Assembly (NCBI RefSeq): GCF_003704095.1
Contig: NW_020847063.1
Span: forward strand, 62,001 to 126,000
Length of the DNA stretch: 64,000 nt
DNA from: Pocillopora damicornis
Taxonomy: Eukaryota
Direction: 5' to 3'
Shown here: positions 12,691 to 24,470 of the stretch, piece after piece
Position numbering within the stretch: the first letter of the stretch is position 1
How the letters are laid out: each line of letters opens with the position of its first letter
Notes under the pieces: generated by a model
Database searches by the model: none
Told to the model about the DNA's origin: nothing
What the model saw: the letters and a program-made list of their open reading frames with translations, nothing else
Made by a program: the position numbers and the translations under genes

Positions 12691-14306
12691 TATTCACACC
12701 GCTAAAGGAGCATTTATTTCAGGTAGCTCGTAAATGTATTCGAGGATAGCTTTAAGTTTGTGGAGTAGATTTGCATTTTAAAGTCTTTACGATAAAGGCT
12801 AAACAGCTGCCTATCAATATGAAACATGTCTTCTTATTAAATTGTCTGTAAGACCGCTCATAGGATTTTCTTTTGGTTCATTTACTGCTTTTTGGCTGTC
12901 ATAACTGGGGTATACTTTGTCACCGAAAAATAACTTTTTAATAGGACATTATTCATATCTCGGCCTTTTCTCACTTTCTTTGACACGTTATTGCAATCTT
13001 TTGTAAGTAAATATTCATCGATCCACCTATCATTCACACAAGCAATAATCTAATTATTCATCCCTTCACTCAATCGACTTTTTAAATGTGCCAGTCTTTG
13101 TTATCCCGAAGAAACTCCTCTTTACTACTCAAGGCCACTTAACGATACAATGAGACGTCCATTACCTAAACCTATGGAAAGCCTAGTTTAAAAAGCCGCA
13201 GAACCTTAAAGACATTAGTTTTTTGAAATATTTTCTTTGAAAAAGTAATTTTCCGCACCAGTGTTTTTTCGCAAATGGTTTCAAAACAGCTGTATACGCG
13301 CGTTGTAACACTTTCTTTATTGACTGAGAAAAAAATCTCTCAATAGTTTATTGTTCTGAGAGAGACTGTGAGCCATTGATAAGATCAAGAAGTACATCTA
13401 CGTCAAAATTCATCCATCGCGAAAGTGGATCTTTTGACGAAGCTTACCTTGTTTTGTATTTCTGAACGTGTAATAAGGCTTCTGTGATAAACCAATTAAG
13501 GGAATTAACATCTCCTGAAATTAATGGTAATTTGAAAGATTACGTTGGTTTCCACTTTTTCTTTTTCTCTCGTCATTCAGCAAGAGATCGTAAGTTTGCA
13601 TATATTAAAAGTTACTGATTAACGCCTCAAATTCCCATGCGCTCAATATACATTTATATTTTTAATTTTTGAGATAGTGTGCACTCTCATCGGTCGATTA
13701 GTGCGTTTAGATTAAAATGATATAACCTCGATTGCGATGTCTCGCTCTCTGTGCTTTCTGAGAAATACTTATAAAAGTAAAGATGAATTTTCCCATGCAC
13801 TCGGAAAGATAGGAAAATTCTTGAAAGTAATGCAAAGGCTCGACAGCTTCTTGGGTTTGCAAAACTTTCTCGAATTATCCCAACTCCCCGTAGATAAAGT
13901 CTTCTATACATGTAACTCCGACTTTAACCGCTTGGCCGTAGAAGGTCTGGGTACGAGACTACCAGCCTCCTATAAACGACAATAGCGCTCAAAGTGGCCA
14001 GATTCCTTCGTTGAACCCTAAATTTTGTGAACATTCCAAAAAAAAATTGTTAGAATTGTGAATTAATTATTTAGTAAATGTTGAAATTCGAAATTTTAGT
14101 ACCTGTTTAACATTATTTTCCAAGAACCAGCGTTGAGGGAGGTGGAGGGGAGGGGTGGGCGAAGGATCTTGTCACGATAAAATTTACCTGATCCCCTTAT
14201 TGGCAGTAAATTGGCAGGGAATTTTCATAAGTCCTTCCTTTATACTCTGTCGGCGACGGCTGATCACTCCCAAAGTCCCTTGCCCCCCCCCCCCCCCCCC
14301 CCCCCC

Positions 14307-14406
14307 NNNNNNNNNNNNNNNNNNNNNNNNNNNNNNNNNNNNNNNNNNNNNNNNNNNNNNNNNNNNNNNNNNNNNNNNNNNNNNNNNNNNNNNNNNNNNN
14401 NNNNNN
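14307..14406. other. Assembly gap (100 N)
   Basis: N run following poly-C. Confidence 1.
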
Positions 14407-14422
14407 TGTTCAAAGACAACAT

Positions 14423-15373
14423 TCAATTCCATGGACAGCAAAGTACTTGTCTGATTGTCTCCTTTACTGCTTTTCTCACTTTAGTAATTCTCCAAGAGTA
14501 TAGAAACGGGTTCAACGAGGAGTTTAAGAAAACTAAGGTCTCAACACATTGAAAGACAACAAATGTAGAGTTAGATGGAGGCCTTCCTCTATCCACAGCT
14601 GCTATGACTATGATGTATGGTAAATAACAAACGACCAATGCCAACTGCACCCACAGTGCATTGTACACTGCCTTCCTGTATCGAGTCAGCTTCAGAGGAG
14701 CTGGTTGCCCTTGCTGTTGGATACCTTGTTGTGATAGAGTATACTTTGGAATGTTATGGAGACGGTGGAAAATCTTTGTGTACGAGAACGTTGCTGTTAC
14801 CAGACAAAGTGGAATACAGATGTAGCTACACAAGACAGCTATGTGGGGATTTATAAAGTGCGATGTGCTAGCAAGGATCGAAACAATCCAAAATACGATA
14901 AGAAGCAAATATATTCGCTTGAAAGTCACAAATTGTCTGTATCTCAGCCCCAACAGTAGGGCGAGAAGTCTGTCCACACTTATTGTGGTAATTGTAAAGA
15001 GAGAGACTGATGAAAGAGTATAACCTGTTATAAAATAAGTAGTCACCGTATACAAACAAAGATTCCAATCTTTGTGAACCAAGGACAACCAATAAATAAC
15101 GGCGGCAGGTTCTAAGATCAAACCAACACAGAGATCAGTTGTTGCCAGACAACGATACATAAGTATGGATGGCGGATGAAGGGAAGAGTTCTTATGAAGG
15201 GCGACCAGGATCAGGGTGTTGCCAAGAAATGCAGTAATGGACAGAAAAATGTTGATCGATGAGATCATTATTATTTGAGTGTGTATCTCATCTATTCTTC
15301 CTTCCACGCATCGCAATTGTGCATACGTTTCTGTTTGTTTTCCGGCATCATAAGATAGGTTTGCTTGCGCCAT
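14423..15373 (-). CDS. Class A orphan GPCR, copy 4, 316 aa
   Basis: Intact 7TM ORF; ATG of MAQANLS at 15373; ISVDRL, CYLPY, NPFLY, C-terminal LCCPW. Confidence 0.93.
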   Translation of the reverse strand: MAQANLSYDAGKQTETYAQLRCVEGRIDEIHTQIIMISSINIFLSITAFLGNTLILVALHKNSSLHPPSILMYRCLATTDLCVGLILEPAAVIYWLSLVHKDWNLCLYTVTTYFITGYTLSSVSLFTITTISVDRLLALLLGLRYRQFVTFKRIYLLLIVFWIVSILASTSHFINPHIAVLCSYICIPLCLVTATFSYTKIFHRLHNIPKYTLSQQGIQQQGQPAPLKLTRYRKAVYNALWVQLALVVCYLPYIIVIAAVDRGRPPSNSTFVVFQCVETLVFLNSSLNPFLYSWRITKVRKAVKETIRQVLCCPWN

Positions 15374-18300
15374 TATTCCCACTGCAACGCCCTTGTTTAA
15401 TTTAACCTTGTAGGAAAGCTTGCATCTCCAAGGATTGCCTCAGGTTTATGGCATGAATATAAATATCACGGCCTCTCCTTCTATCAGCTTACTAGCCGTT
15501 GACAATCTCATCAACTAGGTCCAACTTAACAATGAATTGTCTGCCAGTCTATATATATACACATAAAGAAAACCGCGGTTGCGTATTAGTGTAGTGGTCA
15601 ATGCCAAAGATAAAGGAAAATACGAATTTTTTAGTCTAAATTTGGGGCCGCGACAGAAACTGAAGGAATTGATTCAACAAAACTGAAATATTCTAAATAT
15701 TCTGAAACGCTGAAACCATGAAATGAAAGCTGAAATCGCAGACAGCTAATGGAATTTATGTAAATCTGGGGTGGACATCCACCTTGCAAGTGGTTTTTGT
15801 TCTCACGCAGAAAAAATTTTTAATGAATTTCTGAGTGAAAAACGAAAAACATGAAAAGTTTTCTATTCCTTTTCAGCGAGCAGTGTGGGCAAATCTAATC
15901 GGGAATTTCTGAATTTTTTTCACTTCCACCGCACAGAGAAAAGTAAACCTTGAAACGGCAAGACGAGTTAGTAAAGCTACATTTTAATTAGAAAATTTGA
16001 GTAATGTTAGGAAAAAAATTCTTCTTGTTTTCGGCATTCAAAGCGTCCTTTCGTTACCTCCAATCAAAGACCTTCAATAAATTAATTCGTTCCATGTGGC
16101 GCCATTTCTCAACGCAGGAAAATATTTAAGTTTTCTACGGGTTTACCGAGATAATAGTCGACTTATTTTTTGACCAATTAAAGCGTTCTTCGTGATTATA
16201 TTATGGTATAAATTCAGATATGATTCATTTTCATACAATTTTTCGCATTTTGTGCATGACGCACGTTTATGTAGAAAATATATCTTAATTAATATTCTGG
16301 TCTCGTAGTTAAAATAAGTCACTTGAACACTCGGTTAAGTCGTGTTCATTCGATAAAGGAGTTTTGAACGATGCATATCGTCAAGTTTTCAGGGCACCTC
16401 CACACCAACTAAACTATTTTTATAGCGGAGCTCGCGAATCGTAGCCCCATAAATATATGAAATAATAGTAACCCATTGAGCCGAAAAATTTGGAATTACG
16501 CCCAAACGACCGACTGTACAATGAGTTACTTTTAACATGCGCGGCAACTGCATTGCGGTCACTTTGAGCTATTACGGAATTCGAAGAGTGAGGGAGAAGG
16601 TAATGCGCAGGCGCAATTGCGTGCGGAACTTGGATACCCCACCAGTATGCGTCAAGAAACATCGGCAGCATTTTGAGCGAGAAATCATACTGGCGTAGTT
16701 GCAGTTGAACGGTAATTCTCATTATTTTGCAATTTTTAATCAACTTGCAAAGCAACAATACCGGCAGACCTAAAGCTATGTCAACCGGAGGATATTATTG
16801 CGATTCAAGTTCGTGGAGAAAGAGTTTTAAGTGAAAATAGGCTGGAAAGAAAGAGACAGAGTGACCACAGAGAGTAAGAAGTAGAAGGAGTAGAGCGAGT
16901 AAAAACAAAACGTGAAGGAGAGTTAGAAAGCACAATGAAATAGGTAGAACACGGCGAGAGGAACACCTAAAAGAACAAAGAAAGGCTAAATTAAAAAGGC
17001 TCCCTTGAATATTTTCTTTTGAATTAATTGAGTTACAACCTTGGAATTTTATTAGTAATGAAGAACGTTAAATCCGTTTCTTCACAACAAATAAAGCACA
17101 TTTTAAACTTTCAACTATGTCTGATTAAATTTTGACTCGATAATTTGGCATAATCGGTTGATTATTTGCTGCTCAAAGCCACTTATTACTTGAGGTACTG
17201 AACTTGACATATTTGATACGCAAGGCACCCTTCAAGGGGGAAGACGAGAATAGAATTGCTTTTATGACTGTATATTGCACTGGTTCACATATGTAGGCAA
17301 TTGCATAATTATGTAATTCCTATTATAGCTGTATTCAGAAGCATTAAAAATAAGTTTGTGAGAATCAAACATCTGGGGAAATGAAAATGTTCAACCCCCC
17401 TTCAAATTTTGCATGCAGTTAGGCACTCAGGGGGGATGCACAAAAGTGCCCTTTTTAAAGGTCGCAGCACTCTTGTTGCTATGGTAACAACGGCTGCTTA
17501 TTCGAGGCCTGGGGCCTCATTTTCAAACAAAAACGTCGCAAAAAAAATTTTAATGTTTGTTTCTCATCTCAAGCTAAATACAACATTACAAATTGGCACT
17601 TCTACCATACATAGTAACATCATTCGTCTTCACTTTGATTCATTCAATTTTCGCTGGGAGTGAACGTGAACACACCAATAGATTATTCATCTCGGTACAG
17701 TTTCGATTATTTTTGTTGCCGGGTAAAAGAGGGAAAACGTTTATCTGAATTTCTCCAAAAGTACAACGATTCTGGAACTGAAACTACCCACCTAGCTGGT
17801 TATTATATTCTAGTTTGTAATATATAAAAATCTCTGCGGGCCTGCCTCTACTTTTTATAGGGGCAATTCGCGAAATAGCTCAAAATCAGATATTGCATAA
17901 TTTGACGATGTTTACATCTAATGTTCTCAACAACAAATGTTTCGGACAAATGAAACGTGCGAGGCTTTGAAAGAATGTTATCTTATGACCAATATCCCGA
18001 AGAGAAATCTCGCCTCTGGTTATCATCTTTTAAAACAAAATTGATCAACCTTCATGGAGGACTACTCGACGTAACTACAACCAAATGTCCCAAATCGTGT
18101 GCATATCATCCAGTAATTGTGCAGTCTCACGTGCTTTCATCACGACGCATGCGGAGCTCAAGGTAATTTCTTCCGAACAATTCGACTCGTACTTTTCGCG
18201 TCAATCACTGTGTGGAACTATTTGTTGAGATAAGACACGTTCCCCAAGTATAAAAAAAGCCATAAAGTAAACGAATTTAACACTGAATTCCTTTGAAATG

Positions 18301-18630
18301 ACTTAAAACTAAAGTGTAACTTCATAGGGTCTGCAGTTCCACGAAAACGACGAGTTCGACTGCTTTTTGGCGGATTTTGCCAAAATGGCGAGAAGCCCTT
18401 GTTCTCCTTGCGTCGCAAAAATGTGTCTTCATATGATGGTAGCCGATACTAAAATCTGCAAACTTTCTAGCTATGAACTTCTTCGTTATCCCGCCTTGTG
18501 ATGAATCGCCGATTACGCCGTCAAACTACCGAAACTTAACCGAAAAGTAAACATTTAACTAATTCATACTTTGAAACAGCTCTGGTGAGTTATCTTAGAG
18601 CGTTCTCAGCAGAGAGAGTTAGAAGCAGAG

Positions 18631-18899
18631 TTAAGGCTCAGTAAACAGACCAACACAGAGATCAGTTGTTGCCAGACAACGATACATAAGTTTGAATGGT
18701 GAATGAAGAGAAGATTCCTTATGGAGGGCGACTAAGATCAGGGAATTGCTAAGAAATGCAGTAATGGACAGAAAAATGTTGATGTTGAGAGAGTTATTAT
18801 TGGCTTGTGTATTCCATCTGCTCATTTTGCTACGCATCGCAGTTGTATAAAAGTTTCGGTTTGTTTTTCGGCTCCACGAGAAAAGTTTGCTTGTGCTAT
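18631..18899 (-). pseudogene. GPCR pseudogene fragment (N-terminus to TM2)
   Basis: Homologous to the paralog 5' ends, but ATG is mutated to ATA, Trp TGG to TGA (CVAK*ADG), there is a 1-bp deletion before NIFLSIT, and it is truncated after TM2 (GLFTEP). Confidence 0.85.
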
Positions 18900-19029
18900 T
18901 ATTCCCACTTCAACGTTTATTACAACCAGTAAGAAAGCATGTCTCTCCGAGGATCGCTTTTGGGAAGGGTTTTTTAAAGTTAGTCAACAGCTGATCGTGA
19001 TCTTGTCAGTAGAATTTGACAATGATCAC

Positions 19030-19870
19030 TTCACTAATTTTCCAAAAGTAGAGAAAGGGGTTGAGAGAAGAGTAAAAGTAAACTAGGGATACTGCAGTAT
19101 AAAATAACGATAAATTCGGAAGGATAAGGTCTCTCTTTTGACAGAACTGCTGCGGCTATGAAATACGGTAAACAGGAAACGACTAATGCCAACTGCACCC
19201 ACAGTACACCGTGCACTGCCTTTCTGTAAAGCACCATGTTCAATGGAACTGGTTGGCTCGGCTGCTGTGGAACATGCACTTGCACTTGATTTTGATTACG
19301 CTGGAGGCGATGGAAATGTTTAGGTACGAGAATGTTGCTGTTACCAGACATAGTGGTATAACGTTATAGTCATACCAGATGGCTATACAGCGATCTATAG
19401 AGTATGACGTCCCAGATAGGACTGAAACAGTCCAAAATATTATCACAAGCTCAAATGGTATCGTAATATTATTACAAGCAAAAATATTCGCTTCAAAGTT
19501 ACGAATTGTCTGTATCTCAACCCCAAAAACAATGAGAGAAGTATGTCCACGCTTATTACCGTCATTATAAACAGAGAGATTGAAGACAGAGTGTAGCCTG
19601 TTACAAAAAAATGTGGCCGATGCGTAGCGACACAGATTCCAATTTTCGTGAAACACAGGAAGCTAGTAAGCAACGTATCAAGGCTCAGAAATGAGTCCCA
19701 TGCATGGATCAGTTGCTGCGAGACAACGGGAAAAGATTTTGGATGGCGGATGAAGGGAACAAGATTAGGAATATAAGTGTAGGGCGATTAGGATCAGAGT
19801 ATTTCCAAGGAATGCAATAATGGATAGAAAAATGTTGAATGCTGAGAGAAATATCAACTGTTGTTTGAGT
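19030..19870 (-). pseudogene. GPCR pseudogene (TM1-TM7, frameshifted, both ends missing)
   Basis: Pieces in different frames: FNIFLSIIAFLGNTL, WNLCRY, ISVDILL, PVPLNMVLYRKAV, YSSLNPFLYFWKIS. Start region and helix 8 are absent. Confidence 0.88.
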
Positions 19871-20405
19871 AGCTCCTCTTTCAATCTTTTAAAACAAAGC
19901 GGTTCTACGAGATTTTCAGTACACTGCGCACACTGCGCACGCTGCAGTTGCAGACATGTACAGCGGTCTCTATAAACGCGGGGGTCAAGCCAACAACCAC
20001 ATGCGCTCTAGGTCTGGGTGCTCTAAATCCAAGCGGTGCGTAATAGGCATCTGCTGGAACACATAAATTCACACCCGTATCCCACGACACTGCTTTCTGT
20101 CCTTTCGGTGGACCACGCACCCACCAATCGGTATTTGATCGCTATCGATCTCCTCATTAAACCAAGACTCTGTGAGAGCCGCTATGTGGAGAGAAAATTT
20201 TAATTCAAAACATCTTGTAAATTCTTTTCAATACAGCCTTGGCTGATAATATTGAAAACCGCTAACAAGAGATGTTCTTTCCGTACATAGATTGTATATG
20301 AGTCAAATTTATCTCATAATAAGATGTTCGAATAGTCAGAGCTTCTGCCGGTTCGATTTTAACTTTAGATATCTTATCATCCTGCGGATATTGGCAGACT
20401 TATCG

Positions 20406-20617
20406 TTAACCCTTTAACTCCCATGAGTGACCAAGACAGAATTTCTCCCAACAATATCAATACAATACCAACCAGACAAGTAATGAGAACAAAGACCAAT
20501 ATTATTCGGGGGATTTTTAGTTGATCCAATACCCAATTCTCCAAACTACCATCACAAGAACTGTATGGCAGACAGTAGGGAGAATTGCTAATGAGATCTT
20601 GGGAGTTAAAGGGTTAA
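20406..20617. mobile_element. piggyBac-type MITE (~204 bp)
   Basis: TTAA|CCCTTTAACTCCCA ... TGGGAGTTAAAGGG|TTAA: perfect 14-bp TIR with TTAA target duplication. Confidence 0.85.
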
Positions 20618-20619
20618 GT

Positions 20620-21195
20620 GGTATATAAAAACGAGTTCGTGGGTTTGATCGTGGTATTCAAGCATCGAGAAACAAATGAAAGCAAGAGGCCGCCCTTCGG
20701 CCGAGTGCTTTTATTTGTTTAGATTGCTTCTCAAACTGCTTATATTGATCATCACCTAAATCGTAACAGTATGGTTACGTTCTTTTCATCGGTTGCGTAA
20801 TTTTGAACATCATTACCAGCTACCATTCATCTGTTGTCTCTTTGGGGTTTCTTAGCGGAATTCAAAGTGTATGCTAAATTTATAGTAGTTTTGCTCATTT
20901 AGTTTATAGCTCCGTGGTTTTAGTCGGAGCTTGATTATGGCAGAATGTAATGCAGTTCACTGTGTTCGTGTCCCAAAAAGCAGTGAAGAGGGAAGTAAAC
21001 TGCTAAAAGAAAGTGTTCCTAAATCAACCGTTAGTAGTTTTCCTTATTTATGTATGAGTCTAGATATCCAATAAAAACGCATTTCCAGATCACTAGTGAT
21101 ATGAATACGCGTTTTTATTGGATATCTAGATTCATGCATGTCACGAAATACGGATATGCATTTTTATCGAGTATCTAGATTCATGCACGTGACAA
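20620..21195 (+). mobile_element. Crypton-like non-autonomous relic with internal palindromes
   Basis: ATG at 20937 reads MAECNAVHCVRVPKSSEEGSKLLKESVPKST; hairpin at ~21053-21136 centred on TCACTAGTGA. Confidence 0.4.
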
Positions 21196-21935
21196 AAAAC
21201 TTTCTCCTCGTTGGCTGATAATTTCATGAAAATTTGAGAGTTTGTTTGTGTTGATCCTCGTTTACTACCGAGGAAAAGCTATTTGTTCTTGGGACGAAAT
21301 GAAGAGATTCAAAAACCTTTAAAAGTGGAGGGTTTTGCACATCCACTTTGATACAGTATTAAAACAAATTATTTGAGGAGAAAACGTTTATTTTGATTTC
21401 GCTATAATGGTCAATCTACGTATCAATAACAAATAAAGAAAGTTAATTTCGTGGACCAGTATCTTTTGAAGTATTTATAGTATTAAAATATTGAAAATAT
21501 GTACAGAAATCCATAATATCGATAAAAGAAACTGAAAAAGGAGATCTTAGAATCATTTAAAGCTTAGAAAGGACTTAATTTTCGTTGTATTGGTGATAGC
21601 GAAGCTCTATAAAAAAGGATTAGTTTACCTTTCGATCACTCCCCGGAAAATATTAATATCAGGAGAATAACACTCATACCGTAAATTTTTATGAAGCGTA
21701 ATATGTATCAGCGATGTTGCTAAATATAAATTTAATCAGTCGTTTCCAAACAACAGAATAGAATAGCGTCTCATTTCTCGCCCCCGTTGAAGGTCGAAAG
21801 AGTGTAACAAAGCGCATCACTAATCCTGATCAAATGGATCTGATTCTTATCTAAATAACATTTCTGCCTTTTTTTTGCCTTCTTTACTTACAGATACTTA
21901 CACTGTCACAACTTGCTCTAAGACTAAAGGCAACT

Positions 21936-22877
21936 CTATGGACAGGAAAGTGCTTGTCTGATTATCTCCTTTACTACCTGCCTTACTTCACTAATCTTCC
22001 AACAATAGAGAAACGGGTTCAACGAAGAGTTTAAAAAGATTAAGGTCACAACGCCACCTACGACTAGAAATTCAGAAGTAGATAGTCTACCCTTCGGTGG
22101 AAGTGTTACGGCTACACCGTATGGAAGATAGCAAACAGCGAATGACAACTGCACCAACAGAGCACTGTGCAGTGCCTTTCTGTATCGCACTGTGTTCAGT
22201 GGAACTGGTTGGCTTGGCTGTTGTGGGACATGCACTTGTACTTGATTTAGGCTGTGGTGGAGACGGTAAAAAATTGTTGTGTACGAGACCGTCGCTGTTA
22301 CTAGACACAATGGTGTAACGATATGACCAGTCCAATTAGCTATACGGTGATCCACAATGTAAGATGCCCCATGCAGAATCGAAACAATCCAGAACGTGAT
22401 GAGAATCAAATATATTCGCTTCGAATTCACAACTTGTCTGTATCCCATTCCCAACAACAGGACGAGAAGTCTGTCCACACTTATTGCAGTCATTGTCAAG
22501 AGAGAGACTGCTGTTAGAATGTAACCTGCCACAAAATAGGTAACTACCGCATAGCGACAAAGATTCCAATCTTCGTGGAGCAAGGACAGCCAATACATAA
22601 TGGCGGAAGGCTCAGCAATCAGACCAACACAGACATCAGTTGTTGCCAGACAACGATACATAAGTTTGGATGGCGAATGTAGGGAAGAATCCTTATGAAG
22701 GGCGACCAGGATCAGAGTATTACCGACAAATGTAGTAATGGACAGAAAAATGTTGGTTGTTACGAGAAATATCAGTGGCATGCGTATTTCATCTGCCCAT
22801 CCTGCCACGCATCGTAGTTGTATAAAAGTTTCAGTTTGTTTTCCGGCATCCGATCTTGATAAGTTTTCTTGCGCCAT
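21936..22877 (-). CDS. Class A orphan GPCR, copy 5, 313 aa
   Basis: Intact 7TM ORF; ATG of MAQENLS at 22877. Confidence 0.93.
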   Translation of the reverse strand: MAQENLSRSDAGKQTETFIQLRCVAGWADEIRMPLIFLVTTNIFLSITTFVGNTLILVALHKDSSLHSPSKLMYRCLATTDVCVGLIAEPSAIMYWLSLLHEDWNLCRYAVVTYFVAGYILTAVSLLTMTAISVDRLLVLLLGMGYRQVVNSKRIYLILITFWIVSILHGASYIVDHRIANWTGHIVTPLCLVTATVSYTTIFYRLHHSLNQVQVHVPQQPSQPVPLNTVRYRKALHSALLVQLSFAVCYLPYGVAVTLPPKGRLSTSEFLVVGGVVTLIFLNSSLNPFLYCWKISEVRQVVKEIIRQALSCP

Positions 22878-23085
22878 TATTCCCAATATAACGTGCCTTA
22901 CACATTTAGACTCGTCAGCTTGTATCTCCGAGGTCGGACCAGGTTTTTAGTACAAATTTACATATCAGGACTTTTCTAACAGCTGGTAATGATCTTATCA
23001 AACCTGTAAAGTCAATGAATTATAAAATGTTAAAAAAGCCTACTTACGCCGCGATATCCTAAACCGTATATCCTCCACCACGCCT

Positions 23086-23185
23086 NNNNNNNNNNNNNNN
23101 NNNNNNNNNNNNNNNNNNNNNNNNNNNNNNNNNNNNNNNNNNNNNNNNNNNNNNNNNNNNNNNNNNNNNNNNNNNNNNNNNNNNN
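23086..23185. other. Assembly gap (100 N)
   Basis: N run. Confidence 1.
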
Positions 23186-23387
23186 CAAAATTTGTCATGT
23201 TTGATAAGATCATGACTAGCTATTGAATTATCACCAGAGAAAAATATTGACATGAAAATATATACCAAAAACTTGAAACGATCTTAGGAGAAACGACCGT
23301 CCTTGCGGTCTGAAATACACGCGGATGTCAAAATTAACCTACCTGATGATGTCTGAAAACAAATATAAAATACTGGCAGAACAGGAA

Positions 23388-23558
23388 TGCGTGCCAGGAT
23401 GGGAAAATAAAACACATATGTCAATAATTATAATATTCTTCGCAACAACCAACATTTTTCTGTCCATTACGGAACATGATGCGATACAGAAAGGCAGTGT
23501 TCAGTGCACTGTGGGTTCAGGTACATCATAAGTCGTTTACTCTCTACCATTCGGTATT
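23388..23558 (+). pseudogene. Inverted, internally deleted GPCR relic
   Basis: CVPGWENKTH..FATTNIFLSIT (N-terminus/TM1) is joined at ~23470 to NMMRYRKAVFSALWVQ (ICL3/TM6). Confidence 0.8.
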
Positions 23559-23782
23559 TGGCTATTTTATTTTTCATATATTCTTTCTTGTTCTATTTCT
23601 TTACACTGGTAATTCTGTCGTCAGTTAAATAGTCTAGGTATCGTGGTTGAACGTGAAAGCACCTTATCTTATTCCCAGGTTTAGAGAACAGCTGACTTAT
23701 CTTCAGTGGAAAGAAAGAAAAACTCAAATTGTTACATTAACAGTCCGTATTTTTCCTGATAACATCTGTTGAATGTGTATTA

Positions 23783-24470
23783 TCGAATTTAAGAAACGAC
23801 GACGGCGGCGCTGTGGACAACGTCGGTTAAAAAGTGAACCGTCATTTTAAATACGAATCTCGCGATACTCGCAAGTCATTTAGTTTGTTTTCCACGGTCA
23901 AAACTATTTCGAAACTGAATAGGGAACACAGCGTTAAATTATAAATAAAAATTAAAAAAATAAGCCTTCGTTGTTTACGCTTAGCAGTTAGGACAGCAAC
24001 GCCAAGGAAAACGTCGATTTAAAAATGAATATATATTTTAAGTTGGAATTTCGCGACTGACTGAATATGTTTATCATCTCTTACGGCGCCACAAGTTAAC
24101 CTCAGCATAACATATGAGAACAGCGTTGAGTTCCAAATGGAAACTTAAATAATCTACCGTTGGGGTTTCCTTTCTCGGACCACGCAAAGTTTGATGATTT
24201 CACGTTGTTACTTTGTAGAGGACGGCTAAGAAATGTACACAGTTTTAAAACGCACGTGCTGAGTTATTGTTGTGCTCATTAGACCTTTTGTTTTGCCACG
24301 TTCTCGTTGCCGACGTGGTTTGCCAAAGGTCCCTATTGTTTTGCAGAGGACGCAGAGAAATCTACAAAAGTTTCTAACGCACGTGGACAGCCACTGTTCT
24401 ACTCATTAAAACCTTTTGTTTGGTGACGTTCCTGTTGCCGTTGCCGTCGTGGTTTTCTTAAACTCCCTAT
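23783..24470. mobile_element. Nested pair of related TIR non-autonomous DNA elements (inner copy ~23981-24337)
   Basis: Outer TIR ttaagaaacgacgacggc ... gccgtcgtggttttcttaaactccct. The inner element has a related right end (aaggtccct) and a duplicated internal motif (gaggacg..aaat.tac..aacgcacgtg..cattaa/gaccttttgt). Confidence 0.6.

Noticed and set aside
16420-18630. Probable transposon-derived block truncating the GPCR fragment
   Set aside because: Could not identify matching termini, a TSD or coding remnants.
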